Assembly (NCBI GenBank): GCA_963823525.1
Contig: CAWGLW010000001.1
Coordinates: 491,252-555,251 of the forward strand
Length of the DNA: 64,000 nt
Reading direction: 5' to 3'
Source of the DNA: an uncultured Gammaproteobacteria bacterium
Lineage (GTDB): Bacteria; Pseudomonadota; Gammaproteobacteria; Steroidobacterales; Steroidobacteraceae
The notes below the pieces were generated by a model, which searched no databases, was not told where the DNA came from, and saw nothing but the letters and a program-made list of their open reading frames with translations. This document shows, piece by piece, positions 63,299-64,000 of this stretch. Position 1 is the stretch's first letter. The number at the start of each line of letters is the position of its first letter. Made by a program: the position numbers and the translations under genes.

Positions 63299-64000
63299 TT
63301 GGCAACACGGGTCATTCAATCTCAAAGACGCCCGCTACCGTATGGCTGGCTTGCGCCCTGCCTGGAGTCGGTACGCGGCTGGGCCGAACTGCGGGGATTC
63401 GAGTACCGGTTTCTCGACGATGCCCTGTTCGACGTGCTGCCGGCTGACCTCCGCGAAAAGACCCGGGATCAGTTGGTCGTCGCAAGCGACATCGCACGCC
63501 TGATCGTCTTGAGACAGGCCCTGGCCGAGGGCCATGAAGCGGTCATCTGGTGCGATTCGGACTTCCTGGTCTTTGACCCGCAGCGACTGACGTTACCGCC
63601 GGAAAGCTATGCAGTCGGCCGGGAAGTCTGGGTGCAGTCCGACGGCAAGCGTCTGCGCAGCCACATCAAGGTGCACAACGCGTTCCTTGCTTTCCGTCAG
63701 GGTAACGCCTTCCTCGATTTCTACCTCGAGTCGGCCCAGAAACTCGTGCGCGCACATCGAGGGCCGATGGTGCCGCAGTTCGTCGGCCCGAAACTGCTCA
63801 CCGCGATTCACAACATCGTCGGTTGTCCGGTAGCCGAGTCCGCCGCCATGCTCAGCCCGGAAGTGGCGCGAGATGTCGTAGCGGGATCCGGGCCCGCACT
63901 GGCGCTTTTCAATACCAACAGTCGTTCTGCGCCAGCGGCCGTGAACCTGTGCGCGTCGCTGGCTGGCACGCCGCCGGCTCGCCGCAGCCGTGGGCGGAAA
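63299..64000 (+). CDS. glycosyltransferase-like protein (GT32/DXD-type), 3' end cut by window edge
   Basis: Absent from the track because it has no stop before the window end. The frame is open from 63272: ...VIQSQRRPLPYGWLAPCLESVRGWAELRGFEYRFLDD...VVASDIARLIVLRQALAEGHEAVIWCDSDFLVFDP.... It has an SD..R motif and a DSD (DXD-like) motif. The start is uncertain (TTG at 63299). Confidence 0.5.
   Translation, partial: MATRVIQSQRRPLPYGWLAPCLESVRGWAELRGFEYRFLDDALFDVLPADLREKTRDQLVVASDIARLIVLRQALAEGHEAVIWCDSDFLVFDPQRLTLPPESYAVGREVWVQSDGKRLRSHIKVHNAFLAFRQGNAFLDFYLESAQKLVRAHRGPMVPQFVGPKLLTAIHNIVGCPVAESAAMLSPEVARDVVAGSGPALALFNTNSRSAPAAVNLCASLAGTPPARRSRGRK

Overview
GC-rich proteobacterial chromosomal segment. 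The taxon cannot be fixed without a database search. I call about 55 protein-coding genes. I saw no rRNA or tRNA genes, CRISPR arrays, transposases, integrases or phage genes.

Contents from left to right:
- An edge-truncated HExxH metallopeptidase and a CrtI-like flavoprotein.
- A compact red-type (form IC) Calvin-cycle operon, cbbL-cbbS-cbbX-fbp-prk on the minus strand, with divergent cbbR and an AT-rich control region.
- Two tandem alpha/beta hydrolases, one a DhlA-like haloalkane dehalogenase. Then an S9 peptidase and an AGCS symporter.
- RND efflux pair 1, in the order RND then MFP.
- A lipoprotein plus TonB-dependent receptor unit.
- An SDR, a DUF302 protein and a PLP-decarboxylase, facing an NSS transporter.
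- A di-iron ferritin-like protein, an enoyl-CoA hydratase and a PrpE-like ligase.
- RND efflux pair 2, an acyl-CoA synthetase and a DASS symporter.
- A triply frameshifted outer-membrane barrel gene.
- A thiol-centred neighbourhood: a CysK-glutaredoxin fusion, a kappa-GST/DsbA-like protein and egtB-egtD.
- A run of small secreted or envelope proteins (PliG-like, BON, DUF937 and others).
- A Ycf46-like AAA+ / LemA / DUF2207 operon.
- A 1.5-kb stretch carrying five copies of a palindromic repeat around two small genes, one of them frameshifted.
- slyX, a MAPEG gene, an MDR reductase and an edge-truncated GT32-like gene.

Most worth follow-up are the local REP/MITE-like repeat family, the AAA+/LemA/DUF2207 unit, the +1 frameshifts at identical GGTTTC sites, the CysK-Grx fusion, and the lipoprotein-TBDR and di-iron/CoA modules. 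All product calls rest on my own recognition of translated motifs. No searches were run.
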